From a virus (lineage: Duplodnaviria; Heunggongvirae; Uroviricota; Caudoviricetes), in IMG/VR virus record IMGVR_UViG_2974649431_000001, positions 28,282-92,281 of that record: a stretch of DNA of 64,000 bases; one strand, written 5' to 3'. The notes below the pieces were generated by a model. It worked only from the letters and a program-made list of their open reading frames with translations, searched no databases and had not been told where the DNA came from. Each line of letters begins with the position of its first letter. Within the stretch, counting starts at the first letter, position 1. The position numbers and the translations under genes are program-made. This document shows, piece by piece, positions 61,867 through 64,000 of this stretch.

Positions 61867-64000
61867 TGCGGCGGATGCTGCTGTCGTCGTTGCGTGTGCC
61901 CATGTGCCCGCCAATGCCAGCAGAGCCGCCCGAAGAGGGTGCCGCAGGAGCTTGCGCAGTCTGAGCCGCAGGAGCTTGCACAACAATCGGGGCCTGGGTG
62001 GCTGCTTTGTCAGTCTCCCGGGCCTCTGTCTTGAGTGCGTCGCTTGTGCGCCGTTCAGGGTCGTTCAGAGCGAACTCCGACTTCTTGCTGGCAGCGACTT
62101 GCGCGCGTGTAGCCTCCAGTGCCTTCGCGGACTCTGCGGCGCTGATGGAAGCGTGGTTGGCACCCGCGCCTGCATCCGCGTAGGTCTTGCCGGTGCGAGG
62201 GTCGGCGAAGCTGCGCCACGTCTTGGCGAGGTCCACCTGAGCGGCCTTGCTGTCGTCGGAGTTCCCGTTGATGTAATCCTTCACGGACTTGGGCAGCAAG
62301 GTCTCCTGGAAGATCTTGTCCTGCAGTTCAGGCGTGAACTTCTCGTCTCCCTTCAGCCCCATCTTCTTCATGGAGTCCTTCAGGGTGGGCGTGATGATCT
62401 GGTAGCGACCCGCAGCGAACACGCGGTCCTTGTCGTTACCATCCTTGGATTCGCTGGAGGCAATGATGTCGTTCAGCGTCATCTCGCTGAGGTTCTTCTT
62501 GCCGCTGTGTACGACCTTTCCGCCGGTACCCTTGGTGCCTGCGTTGTAGCTGTTGTAATCGCCCTCGCCCCGGCTGATGAGGTTGCCCAGGTCGCTCTTC
62601 GCGATGTCCGTCGTAGGCATGACCTTCTCGAACTTGGAGGGCTGGACGGTAGTCGTGTCGCTGCGCCGCCCGACTTGCGCGGCCGTTGGGATGCTGCCTG
62701 CTGTGCTCTTAGGCGCGGGGGTCAGCGTACCCGTCGGGGCAGAACCAGCGGAGGGAGAGTAGCTCGCCTTCTGCATGGGGTTAGCCGAGGGGCTGTCCCG
62801 CAGGGCGTCGTTCGCGGGCTTCACGTAGATGCCCTGCTGCTCATCCAGCGCAGCCGCTACAAACGCCTGCAGCGTAGCCAATCCGGCGGGCACGCTGGGT
62901 GCACTACCATTCAGCGCGGAAACCATGCTCACGGGCTTTGCGGGCTGGATGCTGATAGGTTCCCGCAGCATGTTCTGAACTGCAGGAGCGCTGGCCTTCT
63001 CGACGGACTGCGCATCAGCGGGAGAATCGCTCCTGGTGGCGTCGCGAACTGCGAGCCCAGCGTCAATGCCCAGGCTGGCTGCTGTACCCACGCCCGGAAC
63101 TGTACCAGCAATGCCACTGGCGACTTCCATGCCGGCGCCCGTCCAGTCGCCTTCCACAGCACGCTTCACGCCGAAGCCGATGCCTGCGAGCAGCCCGATG
63201 ACCGGAATCTTCTTCACGAGGCTCTTTAGGCCGGTCTTGCCGGCAATCTTCGCGGTCTCAGCTGTTGCGCTGCCCGCTGCTGCCGCCACGCCCTTACCGA
63301 CAAGCGACTTGCCAGCCTCGACAGTGGTCAAGAGCTTCTTGTTGGTGGCCGCTGCGACTTCACCTGTGCTGTTCAGCACGGACTTGGCACCGCCGACGAT
63401 TGTGGAGCCTGCGTTCGCGATTGCCGAGCCCACCCGGCTGTTTGCGATGCTGGCTGCAGCACCCTTAGCAGCCCCACCCACCGTGGTGAGTACCTTACGG
63501 CCTACCGTAGCAGCGGCAGCGCCAAGACCTGCAGCGCCGAGGCCACCGCCAGCACGGCTGAGCAGCTTCTCCCCGGCGGCCTCCACGAGACCTCCCAGCA
63601 GAGAGCCCGACTTGCCTTGGCCGCCGTTCTTCTTCTGTTCCTCCATGAGACGGCGCATCTCGTGGATGTCTTCCTGCATCTGCTTCGTGAGCTCGGAAGG
63701 CTTGGCGTTTGCTTGGGTGGGCGTAGAAGCTGCGATGGCCGCCTGGTTCGCCTCACGGTTCGCTTCCACCGTGGACTTCTTCTGCGTGCCGTCGGGGCCG
63801 ACGAACTTGCCTTTAGCGTCGCGCTCCCGCTTGGGGCCCTTGCGCTTCTGCTTCTCTTCCTTCTTCACCTCTTCTGGCTCAGGGTCCGAAACAGCCTCCA
63901 GGGCCTTTTTCTTGCTGTCGGGCGTGCGCGAAAAAGCGCCCACGGCGCTGTTGAGGACGGGGACGTTCGCGGCACCGCTATTGTTCCATGTCCACCCGGC
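61832..64000 (-). CDS. tape-measure / baseplate hub (gp29-like) protein, 5'-truncated, with a lambda-R-like lytic transglycosylase domain
   Basis: Frame is open to the window edge. Ala/Gly-rich segments, RDAKGKF, K.PVIGLLAG.GFG..RA.EGDW.GA and a GEGDY..AAGRYQ..F.P..QD..LA..W.S catalytic-type domain. Confidence 0.7.
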   Translation of the reverse strand, partial: AGWTWNNSGAANVPVLNSAVGAFSRTPDSKKKALEAVSDPEPEEVKKEEKQKRKGPKRERDAKGKFVGPDGTQKKSTVEANREANQAAIAASTPTQANAKPSELTKQMQEDIHEMRRLMEEQKKNGGQGKSGSLLGGLVEAAGEKLLSRAGGGLGAAGLGAAAATVGRKVLTTVGGAAKGAAASIANSRVGSAIANAGSTIVGGAKSVLNSTGEVAAATNKKLLTTVEAGKSLVGKGVAAAAGSATAETAKIAGKTGLKSLVKKIPVIGLLAGIGFGVKRAVEGDWTGAGMEVASGIAGTVPGVGTAASLGIDAGLAVRDATRSDSPADAQSVEKASAPAVQNMLREPISIQPAKPVSMVSALNGSAPSVPAGLATLQAFVAAALDEQQGIYVKPANDALRDSPSANPMQKASYSPSAGSAPTGTLTPAPKSTAGSIPTAAQVGRRSDTTTVQPSKFEKVMPTTDIAKSDLGNLISRGEGDYNSYNAGTKGTGGKVVHSGKKNLSEMTLNDIIASSESKDGNDKDRVFAAGRYQIITPTLKDSMKKMGLKGDEKFTPELQDKIFQETLLPKSVKDYINGNSDDSKAAQVDLAKTWRSFADPRTGKTYADAGAGANHASISAAESAKALEATRAQVAASKKSEFALNDPERRTSDALKTEARETDKAATQAPIVVQAPAAQTAQAPAAPSSGGSAGIGGHMGTRNDDSSIRRITDAKMGFGTV

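Noticed and set aside
1-64000. CRISPR array, IS element, integrase, rRNA
   Set aside because: No regularly spaced direct repeats, transposase or integrase motifs, or rRNA-like segments were found.
1-64000. Assigning the window to a named phage (e.g. an Acidovorax ACP17-like virus)
   Set aside because: Architecture and GC content are suggestive only; a BLASTn/ANI comparison, which I cannot run, would be needed.

Overview
This window is a 64-kb slice of a GC-rich, T4-like myovirus genome with strongly C/G-ending codons; a betaproteobacterial or similar GC-rich host is likely but cannot be proven here. From left to right it carries accessory tail and receptor-binding genes (LamG/SPRY lectin folds, a repeat-rich fibre, Cys-rich Ig-like proteins), PAAR, and gp25-gp6-gp7-gp8 with a free-standing GIY-YIG homing endonuclease. 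Next come a 1903-aa VrlC/DUF4815-like structural protein, neck gp13/14/15, terminase gp16/17, sheath/tube gp18/19, portal gp20, gp67/68-like core, protease gp21, scaffold gp22 and major capsid gp23. These are followed by dNMP kinase, endolysin, gp3, uvsY/uvsW, gp55, gp47/46, gp45/44/62, regA, dUTPase, a putative holin, DNA polymerase gp43, uvsX, gp41, gp26/gp51, nested spanins and the 3' part of a tape-measure/hub gene. The standout accessory locus (53331-58747) is a 7-deazaguanine module: queD, folE, an unknown ORF, a TGT/DpdA-like transglycosylase, a GT-B glycosyltransferase, a DpdL-like T-fold protein and queE, with no queC in the window. It suggests an unsubstituted or carboxy-deazaguanine DNA base, possibly with a sugar hypermodification. 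Other notable signals are five scattered small ORFs sharing an N-terminal capsid-targeting/protease-cleavage-like motif, a T TTT TTC -1 frameshift site joining gp26 to gp51, a hairpin occluding the endolysin RBS that overlaps a late promoter, an altered polymerase motif B, and a 590-nt hairpin-rich non-coding gap before the large terminase. All calls come from motif recognition by eye; no database searches were run.
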